Origin: an uncultured Acidimicrobiales bacterium
GTDB lineage: Bacteria > Actinomycetota > Acidimicrobiia > Acidimicrobiales > SZUA-35
DNA length: 64,000 nucleotides
Assembly (NCBI GenBank): GCA_938002965.1
Contig: CALKZY010000015.1
Coordinates: 17,633 to 81,632, forward strand
Direction of reading: 5' to 3'
Under the pieces are notes generated by a model. The model had not been told where the DNA came from. It ran no database searches and worked only from the letters and a program-made list of their open reading frames with translations. The translations under genes and the position numbers were made by a program. Below are positions 26,798-37,108 of the stretch, in pieces. Each line of letters opens with the position of its first letter. Position 1 is the first letter of the stretch.

Positions 26798-28104
26798 AGT
26801 GCACCCGACCCCAGCTCGATCAGTTGAATCCAAGTACGTCCCGGTTCCAGTTCGATGACCTCGCCATTGCTATCGGTTAGCGTCGCCACGCTGGCCAGCG
26901 TGGGGCGGGTCCATCGGCCTTCGATTCGCTGGTCGCCAACGAAGACCGTCACCGGACCCGAACCAACAAAGACCGACTCCGGCACCTGTCCCCCGGCCGA
27001 ATCCACCATTCCGGTGGCAACTCGATCTAGCTCTACGACAAGTACGTTGGCTGCAGCTACCGCTTCGCCGGAAACGAGTTCGTGTTGCTTCCCTCGCTGG
27101 TGGCGGATCCACTGCGATTCATTCCACGTCCACCGAACTGGCGACGCTGGGTAGGCAATGGCGAACTCGGCCGAGGTGTCTCGCGAGACTTCGGTCCCGG
27201 CGGCTCGATAGCTGAATTGCTGAGGAGGTGGGCCGCCATCGGCCGAAGCCCAATGAGGGGCGGTATCGGTGTAAACGTTCGACGGGGCTTGTCGGGTCTC
27301 ATCCCGCCAGTACCCAGATGATGAGCTGTAGCTCCGATTCCGGATGGCGGTCTGCCCCCTGACAATCATTTCGGTAATGTCGTTAGCCCCCGAGTAGAGG
27401 TAGAGCGGCTCGCCCAGGCTTGAGACCAAGGCGACATCGGACGTTCGACCTGACCGAACCGGACCAACGATCGAAGGAGTCGAATGGAAGATTGCGGCGA
27501 AACGAGTAACCCCACCCTCGACTTCTTCCTCGATCACGATGTCAGCAGCGTTCAGTCCTGTCTGCGGGCCGGCGGCCGGTCCGTTGTCGATTTTTACTAC
27601 CGCGGCGGGCCGATCCGGTATCGATCCGGGCAGCCCAGTAAGAGGCAGTATGTCCTCACTCGGTTCGGGGGGATCGGTGACGGGTTCGGCAATCTGCTCA
27701 TCGACTCCAAGGCCACCGAGTACGCCCTTGTAGATGTTCTCGGGATCTCCCCCTGCCGGGCCGGGCACCGTGGTGACGGGCGGCAGCCCGCTTCCGGTGG
27801 TGGTCGGTGGAGATGAGCTGTCGTCTCGCGGCTCGTCGGCACCTGCGGTATCCATGCTCTCACTGGTTTCAGCGGCGCTCGCCTCGACACCGAGCGTTGT
27901 TGTGGCGGCGGACACATCGTCCTCAGAGGCCAGTGCACCTTGCCCGTCGCCGTTGCCACTGCAGCCGACCATGAGGAAGACCCCAAGTGCCGCCAACGTT
28001 GCCATGGCCATGCTGCGGGGTTGTTTTGCCTTTTCAGCGCGCACGTTCGAACGTATGAAAGTTGTAGTGCCTTGGCAGTCCATTCGTGACCTCCGACTGC
28101 CCAA
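26791..28104 (-). CDS. DUF3048 (YerB-like) lipoprotein, paralogue 1 (start probably ~28044 or ~28011)
   Basis: Same motifs as paralogue 2; lipobox MVGC. Confidence 0.85.
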   Translation of the reverse strand: MGSRRSRMDCQGTTTFIRSNVRAEKAKQPRSMAMATLAALGVFLMVGCSGNGDGQGALASEDDVSAATTTLGVEASAAETSESMDTAGADEPRDDSSSPPTTTGSGLPPVTTVPGPAGGDPENIYKGVLGGLGVDEQIAEPVTDPPEPSEDILPLTGLPGSIPDRPAAVVKIDNGPAAGPQTGLNAADIVIEEEVEGGVTRFAAIFHSTPSIVGPVRSGRTSDVALVSSLGEPLYLYSGANDITEMIVRGQTAIRNRSYSSSSGYWRDETRQAPSNVYTDTAPHWASADGGPPPQQFSYRAAGTEVSRDTSAEFAIAYPASPVRWTWNESQWIRHQRGKQHELVSGEAVAAANVLVVELDRVATGMVDSAGGQVPESVFVGSGPVTVFVGDQRIEGRWTRPTLASVATLTDSNGEVIELEPGRTWIQLIELGSGALQ

Positions 28105-28189
28105 TCGGCGTTGCGGGCTCGGTCGTGAGCCATTGGCACTACATCACCCATGTGACGAGTGTCGCCGCTGGTGCGCGGCGTCTCGTGCG

Positions 28190-28945
28190 CTAGGGGTCGG
28201 CGACCAGTCTCAAGGTGGGCGAGGTTCCCGTCGATGCGTCACTGGCGCCGGTCAAGTTGACGATGAACTCGGTGAGATGTCCTGGAAAGACGTGTTCAGC
28301 CATCAACATCGGTTTGTCATCACCGTCAAAGGTGGTTCGTCGTACGACCAGTGCCGCCGTGCCGACGGGAACCTCAAGCAGATCACCGTCGTCTTGGGAG
28401 ACGGGTTCGGCCGAGATGGTCTGCGATGCGGTCTTGGCGTCGACCGGGAGCAGGTCGTAAAAGCTTGACTGCGAAACGTTGTGAAGGGTGACTTCCTGCG
28501 ACAGGGCTTCAGTGCACCACACCGTCACGCGAGCAAATGGTCGATCGTCAACCCGACTTACCCGCCTCACTTCGAGGACACGATCTCCGAGTACGCCGGC
28601 TACATCGGCTTTCGAATCGACGTTGGCACCGTCGATGAATCGGAAGTCAAGAATCTGGCGCTCGTGAGTGCGCCCTACTTTGGCCAGCTGACTCTCAATC
28701 GACTGGAGAAACTCAAGCGATTGGCTCAACAGCTGACCGGAAACGATCCACCCGAAGCCTTGCCTGGATTCCACCAACCCGGCGCTCCTCAGTACCTCGA
28801 GGGCTTTGCGGACTGTCACCCGGCTAGCCTCATGTTCCCGGCCAAGATTGGCCTCGGACGGTAGTACTTCACCTGGGCCGAAGGTACCCGTTTCGATCTG
28901 GAGGCGGAGTGTCTCCGCGATCTGCCTGTAGCGAATTGTTCGCAC
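28190..28945 (-). CDS. GntR family regulator (HutC/UTRA)
   Basis: LPSE..L...ASRVTVRKAL; UTRA-like C-domain. Confidence 0.92.
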   Translation of the reverse strand: MRTIRYRQIAETLRLQIETGTFGPGEVLPSEANLGREHEASRVTVRKALEVLRSAGLVESRQGFGWIVSGQLLSQSLEFLQSIESQLAKVGRTHERQILDFRFIDGANVDSKADVAGVLGDRVLEVRRVSRVDDRPFARVTVWCTEALSQEVTLHNVSQSSFYDLLPVDAKTASQTISAEPVSQDDGDLLEVPVGTAALVVRRTTFDGDDKPMLMAEHVFPGHLTEFIVNLTGASDASTGTSPTLRLVADP

Positions 28946-29039
28946 TCTTACCTCCTGTGTGTCAGCGATCTACCGGCGGTCGGATCCGGCCCGATAGGTT
29001 CTATACGACGATCTGGCAGCGTTCTAGACCATCAACTGC

Positions 29040-29090
29040 TTGTATTGTACTTGTATTTGTTTGGCTCGGCGCTGTACTATATTTGTATCA
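29040..29090. promoter_or_regulatory. AT-rich TGTA-repeat promoter/operator region between gntR and aconitase
   Basis: TTGTATTGTACTTGTATTT...CTGTACTATATTTGTATC in a GC-rich background. Confidence 0.5.
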
Positions 29091-29131
29091 GAGTTCTTAC
29101 GTCAGAGTCGTAGCGCCCAGAGGAGATCAAG

Positions 29132-31438
29132 ATGGCAGCTAACAACCAACCCCGTACAACCGTCGGGCCGGAGACACCGATCGAACTGATCAACTCCGTC
29201 TACTCCACCCTGGATGACCGAATCGGCGCTTTCCGCACACGCATGGGACGCCCGTTGACGTTGGCCGAGAAGATCCTCGCCAACCATCTCGATGATGCCA
29301 ACGCCGACGTCGAGCGAGGCATCAGCTACGTCGACTTCCGTCCTGATCGGGTGGCTATGCAAGACGCCACGGCGCAAATGGCCTGGCTCCAATTCATGAC
29401 CGCAGGCCTCCCAAGCGTTGCCGTGCCCACCACCACACACTGCGACCATCTAATTCAGGCCCGTGAGGACGGCAAGAAAGACCTCATGGCCGCGTTGAAC
29501 AACAACAACGAGGTCTACGACTTTCTGGAGTCGGTGTCCGCCAAGTACGGCGCCGGATTCTGGAAGCCCGGCAGCGGAATCATTCACCAGGTCGTCCTGG
29601 AGAACTACGCCTTCCCAGGCGGCATGATGATCGGCACCGACAGCCACACACCCAACGCTGGGGGCCTGGGCATGGTCGCCATCGGCGTCGGTGGGGCCGA
29701 CGCCGTCGACGTGATGACCGGCTTCCCCTGGAACGTTAGGTGGCCAAAGATGATTGGCGTCCATCTGACCGGAGAACTTAGCGGCTGGAGTGCATCCAAA
29801 GACGTGATTCTAAAAGTGGCGGAGATCCTCACCGTCAAGGGCGGCACCGGTGCCATCGTCGAGTACTTCGGTACTGGAGCCAACAGCATCAGCGCAACCG
29901 GCAAAGCCACCATTTGCAACATGGGCGCCGAGATCGGGGCCACCACCAGCATCTTCGGCTACGACGATGCCAGCGCTCGGTACCTCAAAGCGACGGGCCG
30001 CGAAGCCACCGCCGATGCAGCTACAGCCGTCGCCCATCACCTGCGCTCAGACGACGAAGTCTTCGCCGACCCTGCCAGCTACTACGACAGGGTTATCGAA
30101 ATCGATCTCTCCCAACTACGGCCCCACATCAACGGCCCCCACACGCCAGACCTGGCCCGCGAGGTTTCAGCTCTCGGCGACGAGGCCCGTGACAACGACT
30201 GGCCGCTTGAAATTAGCGCAGCGCTCATCGGCAGCTGCACCAACTCCTCCTACGAGGACATCACAAGAGCAGCGTCAATCGCCCGACAAGCAGCGGCCGA
30301 GGGCCTGAAGGCTAAGACTCAACTCATGATCACACCCGGGTCCGAGCAGGTGCGGGCCACCATTGAGCGAGACGGCTTGCTGGCCGATTTCGAAGCCCTC
30401 GGTGCCACGGTCCTAGCCAACGCCTGCGGACCATGCATTGGACAGTGGGATCGCTCGGCCGAGCGGGAGCCCGGCACCAAGAACTCCATCGTCACCTCCT
30501 ACAACCGGAACTTCCCGAAGCGCAACGACGGTGACGCCGCCACGCTGGCCTTCGTCACCTCACCGGAAACAGTGATGGCGCTTGCCTTGGCAGGAACTCT
30601 CGACTTCGACCCCCTCAGCGAAACATTGACCACCGAGGACGGCCGCCAGGTCCAACTGAACACACCCGAAGGCATCGAGCTTCCGCCTCAGGGGTTCGAC
30701 GAAGGCGAGAGCGGCTTCTTGGCACCGCCCGCTGACACCAGCGATATCGACATCAAGGTCGATCCATCGTCTGATCGCTTGCAGGTGCTCACCGCTTTCC
30801 CCGCCTGGGACGGCAACGACTTCGCCGATCTACCCATCGGGGTGAAGGCCAAAGGGAAGTTCACCACCGACCACATTTCAATGGCCGGACCATGGCTGAA
30901 GTACCGGGGACACCTTGAGAACATTTCGGGGAATCTCTACCTCGGCGCGGTAAACGCCTTCCACGACGACGAGGTCGTCGGCATGGGCAAGAACCAACTA
31001 ACCGGCGAACGAATGAGCTACCCCGATCTCGCCAAGGCCTACCACGAGGCCGCCCAGCCTTGGGCCGTCATCGGTGACGAGAATATGGGCGAAGGCTCAT
31101 CACGCGAACACGCAGCTATGGAGCCTCGTTTCCGAGGTGTAGTTCTGATCATCGCTCGATCGTTTGCCCGAATCCACGAGACGAATCTCAAGAAGCAGGG
31201 CATCATTCCTGTCACCTTCGCCAACCCAGGCGACTACGACAAGATCGAAGAAGACGACAGACTGGGCACCAGCGGACTTGCCGACCTGGCCCCTGGTCAG
31301 CCCGTCACCGTCACGGTAACCAAGCCCGATGGGTCGACCTGGGAGTTTGAAGGCAACCACACCTTCAGCGATGACCAAATCGAGTGGTTCAAGGCTGGCT
31401 CTGCACTGGCCGTGATCCGCCAACAGGTGGACGCATAG
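29132..31438 (+). CDS. acn: Aconitate hydratase (mitochondrial-type subfamily)
   Basis: [47 protein letters not shown]. Confidence 0.95.
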   Translation: MAANNQPRTTVGPETPIELINSVYSTLDDRIGAFRTRMGRPLTLAEKILANHLDDANADVERGISYVDFRPDRVAMQDATAQMAWLQFMTAGLPSVAVPTTTHCDHLIQAREDGKKDLMAALNNNNEVYDFLESVSAKYGAGFWKPGSGIIHQVVLENYAFPGGMMIGTDSHTPNAGGLGMVAIGVGGADAVDVMTGFPWNVRWPKMIGVHLTGELSGWSASKDVILKVAEILTVKGGTGAIVEYFGTGANSISATGKATICNMGAEIGATTSIFGYDDASARYLKATGREATADAATAVAHHLRSDDEVFADPASYYDRVIEIDLSQLRPHINGPHTPDLAREVSALGDEARDNDWPLEISAALIGSCTNSSYEDITRAASIARQAAAEGLKAKTQLMITPGSEQVRATIERDGLLADFEALGATVLANACGPCIGQWDRSAEREPGTKNSIVTSYNRNFPKRNDGDAATLAFVTSPETVMALALAGTLDFDPLSETLTTEDGRQVQLNTPEGIELPPQGFDEGESGFLAPPADTSDIDIKVDPSSDRLQVLTAFPAWDGNDFADLPIGVKAKGKFTTDHISMAGPWLKYRGHLENISGNLYLGAVNAFHDDEVVGMGKNQLTGERMSYPDLAKAYHEAAQPWAVIGDENMGEGSSREHAAMEPRFRGVVLIIARSFARIHETNLKKQGIIPVTFANPGDYDKIEEDDRLGTSGLADLAPGQPVTVTVTKPDGSTWEFEGNHTFSDDQIEWFKAGSALAVIRQQVDA

Positions 31439-31456
31439 TTTCGTTTGTCTTGCCTG

Positions 31457-31482
31457 CGGCCCCATCTTGGTGGATGGGGCCG
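31457..31482. terminator. Hairpin between convergent genes
   Basis: CGGCCCCATC-TTGGTG-GATGGGGCCG. Confidence 0.6.
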
Positions 31483-31514
31483 TACGGACTCGTCAAACGC
31501 AATAGCCGTGTTGG

Positions 31515-32915
31515 TTATCCGGCCTTGGCCGATTCGTGTCCGGGCGGGAACGTGAGCGCCAGTTCCGACTTGGTCGGCTCGCGATCTTGCCTGGCCTGAT
31601 CGGGCAACAACATGGCGATCCGGGCCATAAGGTCTTCGGTGGCCGCATCAACATCCTCTTCAGGAAAGAACGGCTCGCCTACAGCGATGGTCACGACCGG
31701 TGGATCAGCCAGATTGAGAAGATACGGCACACGAGATGACCGGGGCCAGGCTTTTTCGGTCCCCCAGATTCCGACCGGCACCAGCGGGGATCCGCTGGCT
31801 AACGCTAGCCGGACGGCACCAAAGCGGCCCTTGAGGACCGGATCGAAGAACTGACGCCCACGCGGAATTGTTCCCTGAGGAAAGACGGCGATAAGTTCGC
31901 CTCCTTGGAGAGCTCTGGCCGCCTCCAACATCGGTGTTTCGCTACCGCTCCCCCGGTCGACGCGGATTGCCCCAAGGGCTGTGGCCAACGACCCGACCAC
32001 CGGAGCATCCGTCACCTCTTTCTTGGCCAGGAAACGGGCCGGCCGGCCTCGTTGGTTCGACAGAAACGAGACGACCAGAGGATCAAGGTAGCTGCGGTGA
32101 TTACTGGCCACGATGGCCGCTCCGGCCTCGGGTAGATTCTCGACGCCGGTGATTCGCATGTCGATCCAAGGAAACAACTCCTCCCGGGCAAGCATGGCCA
32201 TGGCCCGCTGCGGCTCCAGGCCGACCGGCTTAGGAACACCGGGTGGGGCATTGAACCATGAGACTGTCCAGCCACGTGTCTTGGCGTAGGCGAATAGGCG
32301 TGGGTCGGGGTTGACGGCAACCGGATTGCCGACTCCGATCAGCATCGGGATGTCAAAGAAACTGTCGGAGTATGCGTAGCTTTGGTCGAGGTCGATCATG
32401 TTGGCCCGAGCCCAGACCTTGACCGATCGGGCTTTGCCCTGTGACCAAACAAACTCGCCATCGATCGTCCCATCAAAGGCTTGGTCGTGGCCGACGCGAT
32501 AGCGGGTTGCCAAGACGTCGTCGAAGCCGAGGATGTCAGCGAAGGGTTTAACCAACTGGTACGGCGTTGTCGTGGCCAACACCACTTTGCGGCCGGCGGC
32601 TCTGTGTTCGTCAATGGTGATCTTGGCAAACGGCTCAACGAGCCCGGCCAGCGTTGGGGCCAGGTCGATAGCGGCGTCGTTGACCTTGTCCACCGGCCAC
32701 CCCTTTGCCCCTCGCGCTCCCTGACGAGTTAGGAGAATCGAGGGTAGGTTCTCACCGAAGATATCAAAGATCTTGAAGGCGAATCCTTCGCCGGGTATCG
32801 GATCAGCCGACAGCAGCCCGTGATGACGGAGAGCCCGCGACAGGACCGGGCCGCTGGCGCCGAGCAGAAGTGTGCGGTCGAGGTCGAAGAAGGCGGCCGA
32901 CTTTGTCATTCTCAC
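31515..32915 (-). CDS. HAD-IB hydrolase / PlsC acyltransferase fusion
   Basis: FFDLDRT, YAYSDS..D, NHRSYLD, FPQGT. Confidence 0.9.
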   Translation of the reverse strand: MRMTKSAAFFDLDRTLLLGASGPVLSRALRHHGLLSADPIPGEGFAFKIFDIFGENLPSILLTRQGARGAKGWPVDKVNDAAIDLAPTLAGLVEPFAKITIDEHRAAGRKVVLATTTPYQLVKPFADILGFDDVLATRYRVGHDQAFDGTIDGEFVWSQGKARSVKVWARANMIDLDQSYAYSDSFFDIPMLIGVGNPVAVNPDPRLFAYAKTRGWTVSWFNAPPGVPKPVGLEPQRAMAMLAREELFPWIDMRITGVENLPEAGAAIVASNHRSYLDPLVVSFLSNQRGRPARFLAKKEVTDAPVVGSLATALGAIRVDRGSGSETPMLEAARALQGGELIAVFPQGTIPRGRQFFDPVLKGRFGAVRLALASGSPLVPVGIWGTEKAWPRSSRVPYLLNLADPPVVTIAVGEPFFPEEDVDAATEDLMARIAMLLPDQARQDREPTKSELALTFPPGHESAKAG

Positions 32916-32984
32916 AGTTTAGATGAGGACGTCGTTGCCTGGTTGGTGACCTTGGTCCAAGTGACGCCACCGAAACACGGACCT

Positions 32985-33021
32985 AAAACGATGGAAACCG
33001 GCCGCATAGCGACCGGTTTCC
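32985..33021 (-). terminator. Intrinsic terminator of the 6C-like RNA
   Basis: GGAAACCGGTCGC-TAT-GCGGCCGGTTTCC-ATCGTTTT. Confidence 0.7.
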
Positions 33022-33032
33022 CTTCGAGAGAT

Positions 33033-33103
33033 GCTCGGATTTTGAAGGGGGACACAAATCCGAGCGCCGAACCTGAACTGGAGGGGGAACCAGCAAGTTC
33101 GGT
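33033..33103 (-). ncRNA. 6C RNA-like small RNA
   Basis: Two adjacent hairpins with C-run loops: CCGAAC..CTGG-TTCCCCCT-CCAG..GTTCGG and GCTCGGATTT-GTGTCCCCCTTCA-AAATCCGAGC; own promoter and terminator. Confidence 0.8.
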
Positions 33104-33111
33104 ATGTCGTG

Positions 33112-33141
33112 AGTATAAGCGACCCGTTGGTCATCTTTCAA
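33112..33141 (-). promoter_or_regulatory. Sigma70-type promoter of the 6C-like RNA
   Basis: TTGAAA-N18-TATACT. Confidence 0.6.
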
Positions 33142-33223
33142 GTGATTGCCCTAGATTCCCTCCATCGGAAATAGAGATTGTCAATTCCCATCTACCCACC
33201 GATCTGTGCCATCATTGATCGCG

Positions 33224-34141
33224 ATGGACCTACGGCAACTACAGGCCTTTCTCGCCGTCGTGGAACACGGCGGCTTTACCGCGGCTGCTCGGGCGACCCA
33301 CACCGTACAGTCCAACGTCTCAACCCACGTGGCCCGGCTCGAACGCGAGTTGGAAACAACGCTCATTGACCGGGCAACCGGCAAGCCAACCGAAGAAGGC
33401 GCCGCGGTGCTAACCAGGGTGCGTCGAATTCAGACTGAGCTTGCTTCACTTCAGGCCGACGTCTCGTCGCTGCGAGGCTCGCCGCGCGGCACCGTTCGCC
33501 TCGGCATCATCGGAACGACCGCCAGATGGCTCACCCCGCTTCTGGTTGACCGAGTCGCCGACGAGTGTCCTGACATCAACCTCGTGATTTCCGACGCCAC
33601 GACACGTTCAACGGAACTGGGACTACTTGGCGGTGAACTGGACCTGGGTGTCGTGGGGCTGCCGGTTGATGACCCGGAAATCCGAACCACGACGCTGTTC
33701 GATGAGGACCAAGTAGTGATTGGCCCGGCCGACCACCCTCTCGCCGGTTCAAGCGAGCCGGTAACGCTGGCTGAACTGGCTCGCCACCCACTGTTGCTGG
33801 CGGCACCGGGAACCTCCTTCCGACAAGAAATCGACGAGACGTTCAGAGCCCGAGGTCTCCAACCAAAGCCGAAGGTGGAAATCGACGGACTTCGGCTGCT
33901 GGCATCGCTGGCGTTCCAAGGATTCGGGGTCACCATTCTTCCTGCGACCGCCGCCCCTAGTTGGGTGGGCGGCGATTGGGTTCGCGTCCCGGTGGAAGGC
34001 CTATCCCTACGAACCGTCGGGCTTGCTGTGCGCCGGCGCGGGATGCCGACGGTGGCCGCCCAAGCCATTGTCAATACCATCCGTGAAGTTATTCTCGAGC
34101 GGGCTCCCGAGGTTCCGGGTCTTCACGTGGTGGGCAGTTGA
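33224..34141 (+). CDS. LysR family regulator
   Basis: MDLRQL..F.AV..HGGFTAAA...QSNVS..VARLE. Confidence 0.93.
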   Translation: MDLRQLQAFLAVVEHGGFTAAARATHTVQSNVSTHVARLERELETTLIDRATGKPTEEGAAVLTRVRRIQTELASLQADVSSLRGSPRGTVRLGIIGTTARWLTPLLVDRVADECPDINLVISDATTRSTELGLLGGELDLGVVGLPVDDPEIRTTTLFDEDQVVIGPADHPLAGSSEPVTLAELARHPLLLAAPGTSFRQEIDETFRARGLQPKPKVEIDGLRLLASLAFQGFGVTILPATAAPSWVGGDWVRVPVEGLSLRTVGLAVRRRGMPTVAAQAIVNTIREVILERAPEVPGLHVVGS

Positions 34142-34196
34142 AGCCTGAACAATTCTGTTACCGACCACGGACCGACGCCGCTACCGTTACTTCGGC

Positions 34197-35534
34197 ATGA
34201 CCGCGATCGATCTCAGCAAACAAGCCCGAGTGCGGGTTAGCACCGAAACGCTTAGCGACCGCAGGGTCGTCATTGCCCGGACGTCGTTCCCCGGTGACGA
34301 AAGCGAACTAACTGAAGACCTTGGGCGGCAGCTGACCGATGGCATTCAGCTAGCCGTCGAGAAGCGAATGCCGTTTGTCATGGTCATCTCGACCACCGGA
34401 GTGGCAGTGGCAGAAGGGATTGCCGGCTCGCTCTCGTGGGCGCGGGCCGCATCCGAACTTACGTCGGCCAGCGGCGTAATTCCCACCTTCGCCGTCGCGG
34501 CCGGACCGGTGCTTTCGGGCCCAGCGCTCCTCCTGGGCCTTGTCGACATCGTTGTGTTCTGCGACGATGCCTATTGCTATCTGAGCGGCCCGAAAAACGT
34601 CGAGACCTACACCGGGGTGGCCCTCAGCGCCAAAGAACTCGGTGGGTCGAGCGTCCACAGCCAGACAAGCGGTCTTGCCTCTCTGTCATCTGAGGACGTC
34701 GATCAGGCGCTGGAACTGGTTGGTGATGTTCTCGGCTACCTGCCTAACAGCAACGACGATCTACCCCCGGTGTGGCCGACGACGGACTCGTCACATCGGT
34801 CCACTGAAGAAGTGGGGCAGCTCATGCCCGACACACCCACTGGCTCCTATGACGTCCGCGACGTCATAGGAGAACTTGTCGACGACGGTGAGTTCCTCGA
34901 GCTTCGGCCGAGGTGGGCACCCAATCTGGTGACCGGCATGGCGTCCATGGCCGGAATGTCCATCGGCGTCGTGGCCAACCAACCTCGATCCCTTGCCGGG
35001 TCCATTGACATTCCGGCTTCACAGAAGGGCGCCAGGTTCGTCGCCATGTGTGACGCGTTCGCCATCCCCCTTCTGACCCTGGTCGATACCTCAGGCTTTC
35101 TTCCCGGCAAGGACCTGGAGTGGCGGGGCATGATCCGTCACGGTGCCCAGTTGGCTTTTGCCTATGCTCGGGCAACCGTGCCCAGAGTCGGGCTGATCCT
35201 GCGCAAGTCGTACGGCGGCGCTTACATCGTCATGGACTCGGTGAACATGGGTAACGACGTCATGTTTGCCTGGCCCAGCGCCGAGGTTGCGGTTATGGGA
35301 GCCAAAGGTGCGGTCGAAATTCTTCACCGCAAAGCCGACGAAGAGGAAAGGGCGCAGCTGGTGGAACAGTACGAGGCTCAGTATCTAACGCCGTACCCGG
35401 CAGCCGAGCGCCAATCCATTTCTGCTGTCATTGAGCCGGCCGACTCGCGCCGGGAACTGATTGCCGCCTTTACCATGCTTGCCACTAAACGTGAGCGTCT
35501 GCGAAGCCGCAAACACGACAACAGCCCGCTGTAA
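34197..35534 (+). CDS. Acyl-CoA carboxylase carboxyltransferase (beta) subunit
   Basis: ELGG, VANQP, LVDTSGFLPG..E..G.IRHGA, RKSYGGAY, KHDNSPL. Confidence 0.88.
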   Translation: MTAIDLSKQARVRVSTETLSDRRVVIARTSFPGDESELTEDLGRQLTDGIQLAVEKRMPFVMVISTTGVAVAEGIAGSLSWARAASELTSASGVIPTFAVAAGPVLSGPALLLGLVDIVVFCDDAYCYLSGPKNVETYTGVALSAKELGGSSVHSQTSGLASLSSEDVDQALELVGDVLGYLPNSNDDLPPVWPTTDSSHRSTEEVGQLMPDTPTGSYDVRDVIGELVDDGEFLELRPRWAPNLVTGMASMAGMSIGVVANQPRSLAGSIDIPASQKGARFVAMCDAFAIPLLTLVDTSGFLPGKDLEWRGMIRHGAQLAFAYARATVPRVGLILRKSYGGAYIVMDSVNMGNDVMFAWPSAEVAVMGAKGAVEILHRKADEEERAQLVEQYEAQYLTPYPAAERQSISAVIEPADSRRELIAAFTMLATKRERLRSRKHDNSPL

Positions 35535-35799
35535 GCCCGGATAGCCGCCGAGCGGCCATTGAATCGGCCATATCTCCGAGCCGCTCACTAGCTGACGTGG
35601 CATCTATTACAACCTGTATTCAACGGGCCGACTAGATAACCATGTAGTGTCACGACTAGATTCAGGCGTGCGGGACCAACGTCCCGCTTCAGCTTGGAGC
35701 TGGCATCACAGCTCGGCGCGGTAACACAAGGAGGTGTTCGCCCCGGGACAACTAAGCCCCGCACCACGTGGGGCCTACGTCTTTACAGAGAGGAACGCT

Positions 35800-37068
35800 G
35801 TGCCCGAATCGGTGACTGTTACGGACAACCGGACAGGAGAATCGTTTGAAATGCCCATCGAGCAGGGTGGGGTTGATGGCACCGCATGGCGGAAGAACCT
35901 TCCCGGCATCTGGTTCCTCGACCCGGGGTTCAGCGCAACGGCATCCACCGAAAGCGCCATAACCGAGCTTGACGGTGGACAGGGTTTCCTCCGCTACCGG
36001 GGCTATCCCATCGAGCAGCTGGCTGAGCAGTCCACCTTCCTCGAGGTGAGCTATCTCCTTTTGAACGGCGAACTGCCGAGTTCGGCAGAGTACGACCAGT
36101 GGGTATACAACGTAACCCACCACACCTTCATCCACGAGAACATGCGCAAGCGGTTCTACGAAGGCTTCCACTACGACGCCCATCCAATGGGCATGTTGGT
36201 ATCGGCTATCGCCGCCCTATCGACCTTCTACCCCGAGGCCAAGGACATCACGGACCGCACCAATCGGTTCATCCAAATCAATCGCCTGGTTTCGAAAGTT
36301 CCGACACTGGCGGCCATGGCCTACCGGGCAAGTATCGGCATGCCGTTTGTGTACCCCGACAACTCCCTCAGCTACACCGAGAACTTCTTGTCGATGATGT
36401 GGCGAGTCGCTGAGCCTCAGTACGACGCCGACCCGGTTTTGGCCAAGGCTCTTGATGTTCTCCTGATCCTCCATGCCGACCATGAGCAGAACTGCTCGAC
36501 GACGGCCATGCGAGTCGTTGGATCGTCCCACGCTGACCCGTATTCGGCAGCAGCCGGCGCTACAGCCGCTCTGTACGGCCCACGCCATGGTGGGGCGAAC
36601 GAAGCCGTGATCCACATGCTCCGGGAGATTGGCACCTACGACAACATCCCGAACTTCATTGAGAGCGTAAAGAACGGTGAAGGTCGACTCATGGGCTTCG
36701 GCCACCGGGTCTACAAGGCCTACGATCCCCGAGCCCGTATCGTCAAGTCGCAGGCCGATGAGGTGTTCAAAGTCACCGGTCGCAATCCGCTACTCGACAT
36801 TGCTCTCAAGCTGGAAGAGATCGCCCTTGAAGACGAGTACTTCAAGAGCCGCAATCTTTACCCCAACGTCGACTTCTACACCGGGCTCATCTACCAGGCC
36901 ATGAACTTCCCGATGGACATGTTCACGGTACTGTTTGCCATCGGCCGCATGCCCGGTTGGCTCTCACATTGGAATGAGGCCATCGAGCAGGATGTGCGAA
37001 TCAGCCGCCCCCGTCAGGTTTACATCGGCGAAGGTGAACGCAAGTACGTTCCGCTATCTGACCGCTAA
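35800..37068 (+). CDS. gltA: Citrate synthase
   Basis: LRYRGYPIEQLA, HADHEQNCST, HGGANE, MGFGHRVYK, YPNVDFY; GAGAGGA RBS before GTG 35800. Confidence 0.96.
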   Translation: MPESVTVTDNRTGESFEMPIEQGGVDGTAWRKNLPGIWFLDPGFSATASTESAITELDGGQGFLRYRGYPIEQLAEQSTFLEVSYLLLNGELPSSAEYDQWVYNVTHHTFIHENMRKRFYEGFHYDAHPMGMLVSAIAALSTFYPEAKDITDRTNRFIQINRLVSKVPTLAAMAYRASIGMPFVYPDNSLSYTENFLSMMWRVAEPQYDADPVLAKALDVLLILHADHEQNCSTTAMRVVGSSHADPYSAAAGATAALYGPRHGGANEAVIHMLREIGTYDNIPNFIESVKNGEGRLMGFGHRVYKAYDPRARIVKSQADEVFKVTGRNPLLDIALKLEEIALEDEYFKSRNLYPNVDFYTGLIYQAMNFPMDMFTVLFAIGRMPGWLSHWNEAIEQDVRISRPRQVYIGEGERKYVPLSDR

Positions 37069-37108
37069 GAACCCGAGTTTCCACTCGGTCTGATATGCCC
37101 TGACATCG

